This document shows, in pieces, positions 11,622-23,766 of a stretch of DNA of 50,382 nt. This DNA comes from Asterionella formosa (lineage: Eukaryota), in contig NKIB01013850.1 of NCBI GenBank assembly GCA_002256025.1, positions 1 to 50,382 on the forward strand. Reading direction: 5' to 3'. The translations under genes were made by a program, and so were the position numbers. Under the pieces are notes generated by a model. It ran no database searches. It saw only the letters and a list, made by a program, of their open reading frames with translations, and was not told the DNA's origin. The first letter of the stretch is position 1; the number at the start of each line of letters is the position of its first letter.

Positions 11622-13273
11622 AGTGACCTGCAATGTCTACCAACCTATATATATACCGGTAGTTTCATTACATTCAAACGTGGCAGAACGAACATTTATT
11701 CTTGCAAATGTATCTATTTATCGTGCGAAATGTGCGATGCATGATTGTAAAATACATGAAACTGGAATCGATGAAATATGAAAACAAGTGTATTTAGACA
11801 AAGACGAATATAAGTACAGATATACATATATGTTCATGAATCCATCATACCGGTAACTCTCGTCTAATGATGCCTGGTACCTGGTACTCTGTCGAACAAA
11901 TGAATTGTTTATGTGTGTTAACATATGTGTACATGTACATATTCGTTGTACTGTACTATATGGCTAAAAGCTACTCGCACCATCACAACATTGATTTCAA
12001 TCATTCAATGATATACTGGTATACGTACACCATAAAATTGTAGATAGAGATGTCACATGTACTCTATGATTCTTCGCAACGACTCAAATGACAGACCAAC
12101 TACTGAGTCCTGTTGCCTTTATAAAACTCTACAATGTACTGGGTACTGTAGTCGTTCACAGCGGCTGGCTGGATCTCAGTCTAGACCATGCCGAAATAAC
12201 AAAAATCTCCATGAATAATGAGAACGACGCTTTGCTATTGGGTACATTTATCCATCACGACATCAAAAAATACATTCGTAAATTTATTTAAAATAAAACT
12301 TATATTGACAATGAGAATTGAAGTTGCAAGAATGTAATTTATTGAAGCACAATTCAAAAAGATGAGATTTGACACTTTCGCAGTAGCTGTGCAATGACAA
12401 TGACTAAAAATGGCATGATCAATTGAAGGGAAAGATATGAAAAAATCTATTTATCAAGTGAGAATTACCTACTGACTTTTATGAATTTGCCCAGGAAATT
12501 TTAGTGGTCACAAACCCTCCTGATGGTCAGCTAATGGCTTTTGTGCCTAAACGACCACAGAATGCTGAACAAATCGCACATTGAATATGTCTCATGTCAG
12601 TCATCACCTGGATATCATTTTTTATCACAGGATAATTACTACAGTCTGGTGGATACTGCCACTTTTGTAATGTGGGATATTTTAATTGCATACCAGTAGC
12701 AGGATTCAATATTTCCCATGCATGATATCACCAAACTATGCATACTACTGAATGAATCAATATTTGTTCATTTCAAACCTTTTCATAGGTTGAAGGTTTT
12801 CCCTTGCTGATGTGGGAGAGTGAGCGAACCGGCTCGACAACACACACCTATAGGGTTAGGGTTACATAGATTATATCAAAACTCTATCAGGAGAGAACTG
12901 GACTATCGGTAACACTTATTGAATACTTTGATGTCAACCTAGGAGGACAAGTTGCATTCAAGGATTAGGTAAAAAGTTGATATATTCAACAATTGCTATA
13001 CTCCGTGGTACTTCTAGTTAGATGCTTCACCAGTTACCTATGGGTTGTGTACGTCTGCAACGTACCCTGGTACCAGGTACCAGGTACCATGCTCTAAAAG
13101 CACTCTACACCCTACACTGGATACCGGTAAATGGCAATGAGTAGATACCGGTGTGTGAATGAAATGCCAACAAAATATTTCTCTTACGCTCATTGCTCCT
13201 CTCCTCCCGTTCGAAATAGATACCGTATAGCATTTGAAGGGTGTGTGTGGGTGGGTGTACATGTCACGCCCAA

Positions 13274-15379
13274 ATGTCATTTGTACTATCGATAGTACAC
13301 TCTGGAGCAATAAGAAGAAAGGGACTAAACGCCGCAGTAGTCATTTTATTCCGAAATATCGCAGTGATGTTTTTATTGAGTAGTATTACATCAAGTCGGG
13401 CATCGTCCGCTTGGACGAGTGGTTGTTGCAGTACTGTTGCTTTCTTGGCACCCTCGATAGGATGGAAGTATTCAAGAACACCAGGAACCTGCACTACTGT
13501 CCTTTGGCGTCAACTGGCGTCGTCCAAGGAAACTACAACTACAAATCAGGACAACATCGACAAGCGCATCTTTCGAGGGGATTGGAGATCATCCGAATTT
13601 GCAACGCATGTAGTTGCAGGAACAGATGCACTAACTATTGCTCATGCCATTTCAACTGTTTTAGAAATACCTCATAGTCATCATGTAGACAAGGACGAAT
13701 GGATGAAAACCACCAGCACTACTCCAGGGGAAGAACTTTCCGCACAGCAACTGCTACACTTGGGTGCTGTATGGTTCCTACCCAATGGTGCGAAAACAGA
13801 GTCGACCAAACCAACACGCTTGAATTTATCTAATGCAACCCAACTATTGAATGAGGGTGACTATGTTCGTATCCATCCAAATCCAAGACGATTTACAGAT
13901 GTGTACAAGTACACTTGGGATGCATTCCATCCCACTTTACTTGCAACGAATGGTAGCAGTAGTACTACTACTACTACTAACGAAAAACCTGGAGTACTGA
14001 TTGATAACAAATCACCACACTTTCTCCTCATTGACAAGCCTGCCAATGTCCCAGTACACTCCACAGTGGACAATGCAATTGAAAATGTAGTGCATTTGAT
14101 TCAAAATACCAGAAATGGGACCTACACATCTACACCACAACGATTGGATCAAAATACATCAGGATTGTTTGTTGTGGCAACATCCAAGCTATTTGCTGCC
14201 TACTATGCACTATTATTACGAAAGAAAACAATTTTTCATTTGGACAAGGAGAATGAAATGGAAGAACGAACTGTATATAAGAAATACAAATGCTTAGTCT
14301 GCTTATTACAAGATCCACTGGACACAACATGGACCATGGCATCAGCAGTGGCACAATTAAAGTCATATGATCTACTTCGACATTATTTGGAACCATCCAT
14401 ACGAGCTCCAAAGCATTACGCCAAGGAACCACCAACACCACAACCACAACCACCGAATGATGACAACACCATGAATTCACCAATGTGGGCAGAATCATTA
14501 ATGAAGATTGTTCATGTGGGTGATCCATGTGCGTTGGTTGCGACACCAGGAGAAACACTGGCATTAGATCTCTACAAAACCAAAGAGACTATGCCACCTC
14601 ACTTGGTCGGAGTCGTGGAAGTGCAAGTCGAATTGTTGACTGGACGGACACATCAAATTCGTGGACAGTTGTCTGCGGAAGGATTTCCACTTGTGGGTGA
14701 TGCCCAATATGGCGGTGCAACACCAGTATTGGGATATACAGATTTTCAACCGTCAGAACAATTGGCATTGCAATGCTGTGAATTGGAATTTTTGGATCCA
14801 GATATTGTGTTGAACAAATGGGGAGAGGAAATAATGACACCTTCTGATCGCTGGAATAAATACAGATTAGAGACCGGTTGGTGGACTCCATTTATTGAAA
14901 AGTATCATCAATCCAAAGGTAGTAGTGAAACAACCTCATCTGCTGATCTCCAACGAGCCATGGACATGGGCAAGTCGTCCATGGAAACATCCAGTATAAT
15001 GTCAGCTACTTGTATCGACACGACACTTCTTCCTCCAATGATATCATTGGCTCCAGGGAGTCACAAATACGTTCTTATCAAAGCCAAGACGAATGATGGC
15101 AAGGAATTTTGGTTTGTCAAGAGTGCAAGTCCTTGTACATGTGGTGGACCATATCATGTAGATGTTGCCAAGGATCTAGTGGATTCGTTAGAATCTCGAG
15201 GGTTCCAAGTACAAGTTACAGGTGGGGGTCGGATTATGTATGATGAATCTAAACTAAATGCCACTGTATTTGGCTTTTCGTATGGATTTGGTCGAGGAGA
15301 TCACATCAAGGCCGCAACATTGATATCAGAGAACTCTGACATTTCGGCAACATATGATCTATCTACAGATCTTTATTGA
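13274..15379 (+). CDS. RluA/RluD-family pseudouridine synthase fused to a C-terminal Janus/Ocnus (PHPT1-like phosphohistidine phosphatase) domain
   Basis: Synthase motifs IDKPANVPVH, QRLDQNTSGL (catalytic Asp) and LLTGRTHQIRGQLSAEGFPLVGDAQYG. The C-terminus has HKYVLIK, PYHVDV, GGGRI and VFGFSYGFGRGDH. Start is ATG 13274 or 13367; the N-terminus looks like an organellar presequence. Confidence 0.9.
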   Translation: MSFVLSIVHSGAIRRKGLNAAVVILFRNIAVMFLLSSITSSRASSAWTSGCCSTVAFLAPSIGWKYSRTPGTCTTVLWRQLASSKETTTTNQDNIDKRIFRGDWRSSEFATHVVAGTDALTIAHAISTVLEIPHSHHVDKDEWMKTTSTTPGEELSAQQLLHLGAVWFLPNGAKTESTKPTRLNLSNATQLLNEGDYVRIHPNPRRFTDVYKYTWDAFHPTLLATNGSSSTTTTTNEKPGVLIDNKSPHFLLIDKPANVPVHSTVDNAIENVVHLIQNTRNGTYTSTPQRLDQNTSGLFVVATSKLFAAYYALLLRKKTIFHLDKENEMEERTVYKKYKCLVCLLQDPLDTTWTMASAVAQLKSYDLLRHYLEPSIRAPKHYAKEPPTPQPQPPNDDNTMNSPMWAESLMKIVHVGDPCALVATPGETLALDLYKTKETMPPHLVGVVEVQVELLTGRTHQIRGQLSAEGFPLVGDAQYGGATPVLGYTDFQPSEQLALQCCELEFLDPDIVLNKWGEEIMTPSDRWNKYRLETGWWTPFIEKYHQSKGSSETTSSADLQRAMDMGKSSMETSSIMSATCIDTTLLPPMISLAPGSHKYVLIKAKTNDGKEFWFVKSASPCTCGGPYHVDVAKDLVDSLESRGFQVQVTGGGRIMYDESKLNATVFGFSYGFGRGDHIKAATLISENSDISATYDLSTDLY

Positions 15380-16118
15380 TCATGATAATGTTTGAACAAA
15401 CCAATCCAATACGAGCCAACATTTTTACTAGGTCGCAATAAGGATCTTGGATATCATTGTGGTGTTTGCTACAATTAGCAACTTTCTTTTAACATGATGG
15501 TGTAATAGCATGCATTATATATGACTGCATTAACATAACGTCAACAACAACATCACTGCAGGATTATGGAATTCCAATGGCAGTCATCCTAGAAAAATCG
15601 GATAATGATGACAAAGATGAGTTCAATGATCCTTTCAATATGTTGGTTTGTGCAATTATGGATTTGTATTAAACAGTGCTAATGAATCTCTTGTTGCATG
15701 AAAATTCCTTACTAGGATTATTATTTTTTCCACTTCTTGCCCTGGCTCTGACAAGTATCCTCCTCCCAGGGATCCATAATTCGAAAGTGGATTTGCAAGG
15801 TGGCATTGTCTGCATCTCTGCTGATTGGAACAGAGGAGACATGGGATTGGGACCATCACCAACTTGTGACAATGGCAATGGAAGGAACAAACCAAAATTC
15901 AACATCCTCTCCATGATGAAATGAAATCAAATAGTGGTCAAGAAAGTCAAATTGCTGAACAAATGTGTGTTGCACTGTTTCAATAGAATATTAGTCTTAG
16001 ACATGAAAGTGAAAGTAATTGGAGCAGACAACCATTGAAAGGTAGTAAAGGGAATTAATCCTGTCACATTGTGCCAATTATATATTGCAAGCTCAAAAGG
16101 AGGAATGGGAACATGTGC

Positions 16119-16151
<33 letters not shown>
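16119..16151 (+). repeat. (TTG)11 trinucleotide microsatellite
   Basis: Perfect TTG run in intergenic or decayed sequence. Confidence 0.95.
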
Positions 16152-16152
<1 letters not shown>

Positions 16153-16659
16153 CATGAGAGATTTGATTCAAAAAATACAAGTAGAAACACTGGCAGCAAA
16201 GGACAAAGCACTGGAAACAGAACTGGCAGATATGAAGGCAAAGATGAGCTATATAGATATCTCACCCTTGGAGTCGAGGACACACATTGGTGAAAGAACC
16301 TCTCGAGTGCTGGCTAGAAAAGACATTGTGTCACCATTCATACCATAGGGTCCATATCTGCTTCCTCATTACTTCATGGTGACCCACCCAGTGCTTTCTT
16401 CGAGCTCCTCAGAAGTTTTAAACACTTTCCACAATCTTCCAACCCGGTACCGGTACGGTAGCTCCTTTTCAGGATACACCAAGTACCTGGTGCGAGGTCA
16501 TCGGGACGACGACCATTTATATAAATTTTTTAACTCTTTTATACTCGATAAAATAATATTACTAAAATTCATTTTTAAAAATTTGGGTGAACCAAAACAA
16601 CCAGTCAGCGTCCCAAAGTCCAAGATCAGTGTCCAATTCTTCCACCACCACCAACAGAC

Positions 16660-17973
16660 ATGGCAGCTCGACGACGAATGGTAGTTGCCATGTCAGGAGG
16701 AGTCGATTCCTCCGTCGCTGCCTATTTGCTTCAGCAAGACCAACGAACGTCCCTCGTCGGCGGACTGTTCATGTCCAATTGGGAGTCTCACGATGAAGAC
16801 GACAACGGCAGCAACGCCGTCAGTTGCAGTGAAGCCGACTACAGAGATGCACAACGCACTTGTGATCGCTTGCAGCTGCCCTTGCATTACGCCTCCTTTG
16901 CCAAGGACTATTGGACGCGAGTCTTTGAACCCCTCGTGGATGCCATTGCCACCGGAACGTCGACGCCCAATCCAGATGTGCTGTGCAATGCCTGCATTAA
17001 GTTCGGCGCCATGAAGGAACATGTAAGAGACGTTTTGGGAGTGGAATGGATCGCCACGGGGCACTACGCACGACTCTACCACAAAACAGGTAGGCCACCG
17101 CCGGGCATTCACGAAGACTCGTGGTTGTGGCAATGGAGTGAGTCGTCGCCACTGCTGCTGGCCGGAGTTGACCAGACCAAGGATCAATCATACTTTCTAG
17201 CTACAGTGGATGGTGCGGCGTTGGAGAATGTGGAATTTCCTCTGGGGAACTACTACAAGACAACACAAGCCCAGCCTTCCTCGCTACCGACCGTTCGACA
17301 GTTGGCAAAAAGAGTCAACCTTCCCACTGCATCCAAACGAGAATCCATGGGTATTTGTTTTGTTGGGAAGCGAAATTTTCCAGAATTTATTTCTCAATAT
17401 TTACCTGAATTGCCTCCACCTGGTGTGTTTGTGAATGTTGAAAACGGTCAAGTACTGGGTCCTCATAAGGGGTCATGGAACTATACCATTGGACAGGGGG
17501 CCAAAATTGGTGGAGCCCATAAAAAGTGGTTTGTAGTGGGTCGGACGTTGGACAATGAAGTTGTGGTGTGTCCTGGTACCCATCATGCATCTTTGTTTGC
17601 CAATCAAGTTACGATTCGAGATATGCATTGGCTGGGAAATACTGTCCCACCTCCCTTGCTACAAGATGGTGCCTTGCGTGTCTTGTGCCGACCACGACAT
17701 TTACAACCCTTGGTCCCTGGAACACTGCGATGGAAGAATAATAATAATGAACACGGTGATACCTATACTATTGACTTTGATGGTCCAGTCCGTGCGTTAA
17801 CACCAGGACAAGTCGCCGTGTTGTACATTGGAAACGTTTGTTTAGGTGGAGGTCCTATTTGGAAAGCTGGTCCAAGTTATCATGAAATGGATTTGGAATT
17901 ACCAATTTCTTTGTATTCATCAGGACATAATGATTTGTCAGTAATCCAACGAGAATTGGAGTTCATGTCATGA
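16660..17973 (+). CDS. mnmA: tRNA-specific 2-thiouridylase MnmA/TRMU (probably mitochondrial)
   Basis: AMSGGVDSSVAA PP-loop, TPNPDVLCNACIKFG, IATGHYAR, KDQSYFL, ESMGICFVGKRNF, YTIGQ and RALTPGQ. Confidence 0.96.
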   Translation: MAARRRMVVAMSGGVDSSVAAYLLQQDQRTSLVGGLFMSNWESHDEDDNGSNAVSCSEADYRDAQRTCDRLQLPLHYASFAKDYWTRVFEPLVDAIATGTSTPNPDVLCNACIKFGAMKEHVRDVLGVEWIATGHYARLYHKTGRPPPGIHEDSWLWQWSESSPLLLAGVDQTKDQSYFLATVDGAALENVEFPLGNYYKTTQAQPSSLPTVRQLAKRVNLPTASKRESMGICFVGKRNFPEFISQYLPELPPPGVFVNVENGQVLGPHKGSWNYTIGQGAKIGGAHKKWFVVGRTLDNEVVVCPGTHHASLFANQVTIRDMHWLGNTVPPPLLQDGALRVLCRPRHLQPLVPGTLRWKNNNNEHGDTYTIDFDGPVRALTPGQVAVLYIGNVCLGGGPIWKAGPSYHEMDLELPISLYSSGHNDLSVIQRELEFMS

Positions 17974-18114
17974 AGAGTTCAATGCAATGGATTGGTCTCA
18001 TTGTTGAAATGGCATTCAGAGTTATAAAGGATAGGTCTCATTTTAGTACTACTATCAATACATAGGTTTGGATATATTTCATCACACTACACACGTAATG
18101 ATGATTATTGTCAA

Positions 18115-18954
18115 TTAACTAGTATCATAATTGACATCATCTTCTGTTTCTTCTTTAAAAAAGGCACTGGCTGCGGATCCCACCATTAAAAGACCAAGTG
18201 CTGGCTGAGCAATCATTTGAAAATTACTATTGAATGCAATTTGGATTGTATCATCCTTGAGAATCGACGAACAGAAAATACCCACCAAGAACCATACCAA
18301 CAATGCACAAACGAAAAAGAAATCTGCTGTGACAATGGTGGAGAGAATGTTCTTCAACGAGGTAGGAGATTCCACCTTGAAATCTTCTCCCGTTTGTTCA
18401 ATCTTGTCGGTTCGCATACTTTTCGCATCCACTAGCAATTGCTCTAATCCTGACAAAGTCTTTCCATCATCATCATCATCATCATAGTAGTATTCCCATT
18501 CTTCATCATCTGCCAAAATGTCATTTTCATATTCATATTCCATTATCCTCGAAGGGGTTTCTGTTGTGATTGGTTCTCCTTTCCCAGAAACAACATCTCT
18601 CACATCTAGAATCTTGAGTTGTACAACATTCTCTGTTGATGGAACGTCTGTAGAAGGAACAATTCCAACATTGTCTGACACAATGTCCTTTCGTCGTCGT
18701 CGAGTCCTCTTGCTGCTAGCCTCATCGTCACTGCTACCAGTATCACTAGTACTCATTGGCATCACAATCATGACAATACGCGATGACAAGGATTGTACTA
18801 CTGGAGAATTCTTCCTTGAAATGATACTGGTGGGAACGAACAGGGGAAAGGAATGGACCATGCCGATGTTGGGCACCCAGAAACAGTTGCTGCTTGCCAT
18901 TATTGCCACAAGTGACAACATGGAGGAGACAAGAGAGGACTTGGAGCGCATCAT
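18115..18954 (-). CDS. Uncharacterised, probably plastid-targeted membrane protein with two C-terminal TM helices
   Basis: Intact 279-aa ORF: hydrophobic N-terminus ending VHS-FP, Ser/Arg-rich transit-like segment, acidic middle, then ADFFFVCALLVWFLVGIF and IAQPALGLLMVGSAASAFF helices. Confidence 0.75.
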   Translation of the reverse strand: MMRSKSSLVSSMLSLVAIMASSNCFWVPNIGMVHSFPLFVPTSIISRKNSPVVQSLSSRIVMIVMPMSTSDTGSSDDEASSKRTRRRRKDIVSDNVGIVPSTDVPSTENVVQLKILDVRDVVSGKGEPITTETPSRIMEYEYENDILADDEEWEYYYDDDDDDGKTLSGLEQLLVDAKSMRTDKIEQTGEDFKVESPTSLKNILSTIVTADFFFVCALLVWFLVGIFCSSILKDDTIQIAFNSNFQMIAQPALGLLMVGSAASAFFKEETEDDVNYDTS

Positions 18955-19450
18955 GCTTTCTACTATATATATTTATATATATATAGTATGTGTGTTCTTA
19001 GAGAATGGGTGATGGTATATGTGCGATGGAGATATACTGCTACTACTACTTTTATTAAAAGTAGTAGACAACTGATGGTTCCACTGAGTGACAACAACAG
19101 AAGAAAGGCAATGGCTGATCTGATGATTTGTGCTAAAATAAAGCAAGGAATGAATTGTTGAATATACCGGTAGTACCGGTAAGAGCTCCAATTCTTGATC
19201 ATGCTGCATGTTATACCGTAGTCGGAGTGAAGACATCAGAGCAAAGATCCATGTGTAACACAAGCACATCAACCACACGTATACAAGGAAGGATACTGGT
19301 ATCTATTGTTAGGTAGACTCAGGTACAGTACAGTACAATAATTACTGGTAGTACGGTATGAAAAAGAGCAGTGATACTCATGTGAACAATATGATACATA
19401 ATTCTTGTATCATGTAGATAAAACCGTCAGGAGTCCTCGTATGTATGCAG

Positions 19451-20134
19451 NNNNNNNNNNNNNNNNNNNNNNNNNNNNNNNNNNNNNNNNNNNNNNNNNN
19501 NNNNNNNNNNNNNNNNNNNNNNNNNNNNNNNNNNNNNNNNNNNNNNNNNNNNNNNNNNNNNNNNNNNNNNNNNNNNNNNNNNNNNNNNNNNNNNNNNNNN
19601 NNNNNNNNNNNNNNNNNNNNNNNNNNNNNNNNNNNNNNNNNNNNNNNNNNNNNNNNNNNNNNNNNNNNNNNNNNNNNNNNNNNNNNNNNNNNNNNNNNNN
19701 NNNNNNNNNNNNNNNNNNNNNNNNNNNNNNNNNNNNNNNNNNNNNNNNNNNNNNNNNNNNNNNNNNNNNNNNNNNNNNNNNNNNNNNNNNNNNNNNNNNN
19801 NNNNNNNNNNNNNNNNNNNNNNNNNNNNNNNNNNNNNNNNNNNNNNNNNNNNNNNNNNNNNNNNNNNNNNNNNNNNNNNNNNNNNNNNNNNNNNNNNNNN
19901 NNNNNNNNNNNNNNNNNNNNNNNNNNNNNNNNNNNNNNNNNNNNNNNNNNNNNNNNNNNNNNNNNNNNNNNNNNNNNNNNNNNNNNNNNNNNNNNNNNNN
20001 NNNNNNNNNNNNNNNNNNNNNNNNNNNNNNNNNNNNNNNNNNNNNNNNNNNNNNNNNNNNNNNNNNNNNNNNNNNNNNNNNNNNNNNNNNNNNNNNNNNN
20101 NNNNNNNNNNNNNNNNNNNNNNNNNNNNNNNNNN
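19451..20134. other. Assembly gap (N run)
   Basis: Continuous Ns. Confidence 1.
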
Positions 20135-20184
20135 AAGCAAGCATTCCGTATCATCCCATCATAAAACCAAGAAACAGCAACAAG

Positions 20185-21843
20185 ATGGTGAAACGACAAA
20201 AGGAAAAGCAATACCAATCAGCGAGTGAATTCAAATCCAATTCTCAGCTTCGAGCTGGTACGAATAGTAGTAGTACTAATGCACAACAACGTGTGCTTCC
20301 ATTGGACTGTTGCGCCTTGACGTTGGTCAAGATTCAAGATCCTGTTTGTACACCCAATGGTGTCATGTTTGAAACTACAGCATTGCTTCCATTCCTACGC
20401 CAACATCATACAGATCCGGTCACTGGGACACCCATGAGTAGCAAGGACGTTATACTATTGCATATTGACAAAAATGATCATGGTGAGTGGCAATGTCCAA
20501 TCCTTACCAAGGTCTTGTCAGATCATATCAAGGTCGTTGCTGTCAAGGAAAGGAACGGGAATGGCGCCAACGTGTATTCTTGGGAAGCCTACCATGAACT
20601 CAATGTCAAAACAAAGAACTATTGCGATTTAATTACTGGTGACAAGTTTGATCCCAAACATGATGTTATACTTTTAAATAACCCACAGGACCCTGACTTT
20701 CAAAAATTACGTGATGTCAATCAGTTTTATCACATGAAACATGGACAAGAATTGCAAAGCACGACAAAGGAATCGACATCCAACAATATTCAGCATTCTA
20801 TAACGGCCAAGAGAGTTATGGAAAAGATACAACAACAGAAATCAACGACCATCAAAACGAAAACAACTACTACTCCTACAGTAACAACATCCACACATAC
20901 GCCACAGCTGTACACGGCGGAAGCTGTCCTTGGTCATTCTGTGACATCCATTCTAACATCATCATCCTTGACTTGTACCTCTTCTGATTCCATGGGACAC
21001 AACATGCCACGAACTGCAACCTTGGAAGAAATACTACAAGCTCAATTCAGGGTTATGAAACATCTCAAGAAGAAAGGCCTTTGTACCATTCATACCAATA
21101 TGGGACCTATTGGGATTGAATTGCATTGTGATATTGTTCCACGAACATGCACTAATTTTTTAGGGCTTGCGGAACGTGGAAAATATAACAACAGTTCGTT
21201 TCATCGATTGATCCCAACCTTTATGATTCAAGGTGGGAAAGGTACTATTGATGATGATGATACTTCCTTGTGGGATCATGCCTTTTGCGATGAATTTGAT
21301 GATCGATTGTCTCATGATTCAGAAGGAATACTAAGTATGGCGAATTCAGGACCTGGAACCAACAAACGACAATTCTTCATTACATTTCAACCAACCCCAC
21401 ATTTAAATCGAAAACACACAATCTTTGGCCGTGTCATTCAGGGAATCAGTGTATTGCAGGAAATGAAACAAGTGCCCACTGACAAGAAGGATCGACCAAT
21501 TCACTCAATCATTATTAATTCCATTGAGGTTCTAGTCAATCCTGCGGAGGAAGCGGCGACATTGGAAAAGGTACGAATTGAAGGACGAATGAAGGAATTA
21601 CGAGAGAAGGAATTGACACTATTGAACAATGCACTTGGAGGAAATAGCAGCAAAATCAAAACATCTGTAACAACAAATGATCAAGACTGTCCAATGGTTG
21701 TTCCTTCCAAGCCAGCTGTTGGAAAGTATCTGAACATGAATAAGAAACGACGGAACGATGAGACCATTGAAGGCATTCCAGAAATTTCTCGCTTGAAGCC
21801 ACCACCAAAAAAGACAACATTTGGAAACTTTAGTGAATGGTAA
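20185..21843 (+). CDS. PPIL2: U-box/cyclophilin PPIL2 (Cyp60), spliceosome-associated
   Basis: Start MVKRQKEKQYQSASEF; U-box LPLDCCALTL..PVCTPNG..DPVTG; cyclophilin ELHCDIVPRTCTNF, FHRLIPTFMIQGG, LSMANSGPGTNKRQFFIT and KHTIFGRVI; family-typical C-terminus FGNFSEW. Confidence 0.93.
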   Translation: MVKRQKEKQYQSASEFKSNSQLRAGTNSSSTNAQQRVLPLDCCALTLVKIQDPVCTPNGVMFETTALLPFLRQHHTDPVTGTPMSSKDVILLHIDKNDHGEWQCPILTKVLSDHIKVVAVKERNGNGANVYSWEAYHELNVKTKNYCDLITGDKFDPKHDVILLNNPQDPDFQKLRDVNQFYHMKHGQELQSTTKESTSNNIQHSITAKRVMEKIQQQKSTTIKTKTTTTPTVTTSTHTPQLYTAEAVLGHSVTSILTSSSLTCTSSDSMGHNMPRTATLEEILQAQFRVMKHLKKKGLCTIHTNMGPIGIELHCDIVPRTCTNFLGLAERGKYNNSSFHRLIPTFMIQGGKGTIDDDDTSLWDHAFCDEFDDRLSHDSEGILSMANSGPGTNKRQFFITFQPTPHLNRKHTIFGRVIQGISVLQEMKQVPTDKKDRPIHSIIINSIEVLVNPAEEAATLEKVRIEGRMKELREKELTLLNNALGGNSSKIKTSVTTNDQDCPMVVPSKPAVGKYLNMNKKRRNDETIEGIPEISRLKPPPKKTTFGNFSEW

Positions 21844-22134
21844 CGACTTTTGGGAGTATCTATGGAGAACATTTTTCGTGACCACTTCTAGATGCAGAGA
21901 GGACCCTGTCTCATTTGCAGTATTTGTCTGTGGTTTGCATAGTTCTGGGATGTGCGTGATAGATATGAAAATTTCCACTATGAGCAATGTTGCTCCCAAG
22001 GGCAAGGTTCCCTATCAAAAATGGGTACCGGCACACTTACATTTCTTAAACCACAACCATACAAATGTACGTCTTTATCACCATTGCTGCAACACCTAAT
22101 ACACATATCCGTCAACTACTTGTTGCCTTGCTGC

Positions 22135-22440
22135 TAATCCTGAAAGGGGTGGGGGCATCTCCGGACCTTTGTAAACCAAGAAATGTCGATTGGCACTTCT
22201 GGTGATTTTGTGGTTCTTGAGTTCCTTGTCGTGACGGAGGTGGGCGAGCTACTTGTCGGAGCTAGTGTTATTGTTTGTACAGGAGCCCGACTACTCGGAG
22301 TAGGTGTTACTGGGGGAGGTGTAATCAGAGCGGAAGTTGTTGGAGCTAGAGTGAGTGGGGTCCTAGTATTTGGAGGTGGAGGAGTTGCTGACGCTGAAGT
22401 TTATTGGGGCACATGTGGCAAGGGCTATTGTTGCAGGAGC
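22135..22440 (-). pseudogene. Remnant of a Pro/Thr-rich mucin-like (TxAPT repeat) gene
   Basis: The minus frame reads TSASATPPPPNTRTPLTLAPTTSALITPPPVTPTPSSRAPVQTITLAPTSSSPTSVTT but has an upstream stop or frameshift and no ATG. Confidence 0.4.
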
Positions 22441-23766
22441 CAGAATGAATAACGGAGTGCAACACCAGGTTCTTGTAGCAAAACCAAGTTGTTTGCAACA
22501 TAACACAGTGTAGTTTCCAATCTGGGAGTACCATACCTGGAGTACTTTCTAGACTTCTTGAAGCATGTCTGTCTACTAGTAACTAGTCAACACAATAGCA
22601 GGTAAGCATTAGAAATTTACTGCTGGTAGTCATGCTCTGGAGCCAGCACTCTGCTACCTGGTAATGCCCTGAATGATAGACAAACTACCAGTATGCCACA
22701 GCATCTGGTTTTTTTGTATTGAATGTTGATGCTGCACAGCCCAGCTAGTAATTCAAAACAGAACAAAGCAAATAAAGCGTTTTTTGGAGGTTCACTAGGA
22801 AATCTTTGACTAGAAGGTAATCATACTTTGCTCTCGAACATGTATTATGCATCATACATAGCCACCAGCATCTCATTCCATCTTGTTAGCTATAAATAGT
22901 GCATAGCTACCATTTTGGCAAGTTCAGGTTACATTAATTGTACCTGTTTAGGGTTTAAAGGTAAGGTATACCCCAGAATCGAAAGTCCCATTCTGGACAT
23001 TAAAAAATGGAATGTGAGCATGTGAGTCCTGATAAAGGTGCTGAAAATACGTCATCATGTAAACGAGGAATCGATCCAAAAGGAATCTTAGCTTATCCCT
23101 CTCCCATCTTGATTGTTTTTCGATATTTCTTATGATTTATGATGCAATAAAAATAAATTTAAGAATGTTCATAGATTACCTTGCCAACAGAATCATATTA
23201 CCGGTAGTTGTCTTTCTACTTTAACCTGAGAGCTTTTTCTACGTGGAAAACATCCAGTGACGTAGATGATGACGTGTTTTCAGAACCTTTTATCAGGATG
23301 TTCAGGTGCATCATGTGGTGCCTGCCATCTGTTCGTTGCTTCCCCAACCGTCGTACGCTTTGCAGCGTACCATGGTACTAACCTCTTTTTCAATTCTTCT
23401 GCTTCTTCCACTTCTTTGTGTGCGCGCGCCATATAGACTGGTAATATATATAGCTATGTACCTGGTACGCGGTTAGGAGGAGTACCATTATCAGGTGCCG
23501 GTAATACCGGTAATCCCGGTACCAGGGGTACTCGATTTGTTCTGGCCCCTCCTTGTGACTTTTTGATTTATTATCAAAACGCGACGACCTGCTGCCATTT
23601 GTTGGCTCTTTGTGTTTTGCAGCTATCATTACGAACTTGTGTTCCAATTTGCTCTCTGTTGCAACGTCCTCCAATCCAACAGTGTATCTAATCACATACA
23701 GGAAGGGGCTTTCAAGAACTCTTCATTTAGTACTCAACACACTCTATCTAGTCAACAAAACGCATC

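Noticed and set aside
12300..12800. Possible zinc-finger or transposon relic (IQCAICSAF) on the minus strand
   Set aside because: A single CxxC in a stop-ridden region is not enough to name a family.
13060..13095. GTACCAG repeats as a CRISPR array or restriction-site system
   Set aside because: The context is eukaryotic, units are 6-8 nt with no regular spacers, and there are no cas or methylase genes.
16069..16348. Poly-Cys and poly-Val ORFs
   Set aside because: They are translations of the (TTG)11 microsatellite with non-ATG starts. The adjacent coiled-coil-like stretch may be a relic but cannot be assigned.
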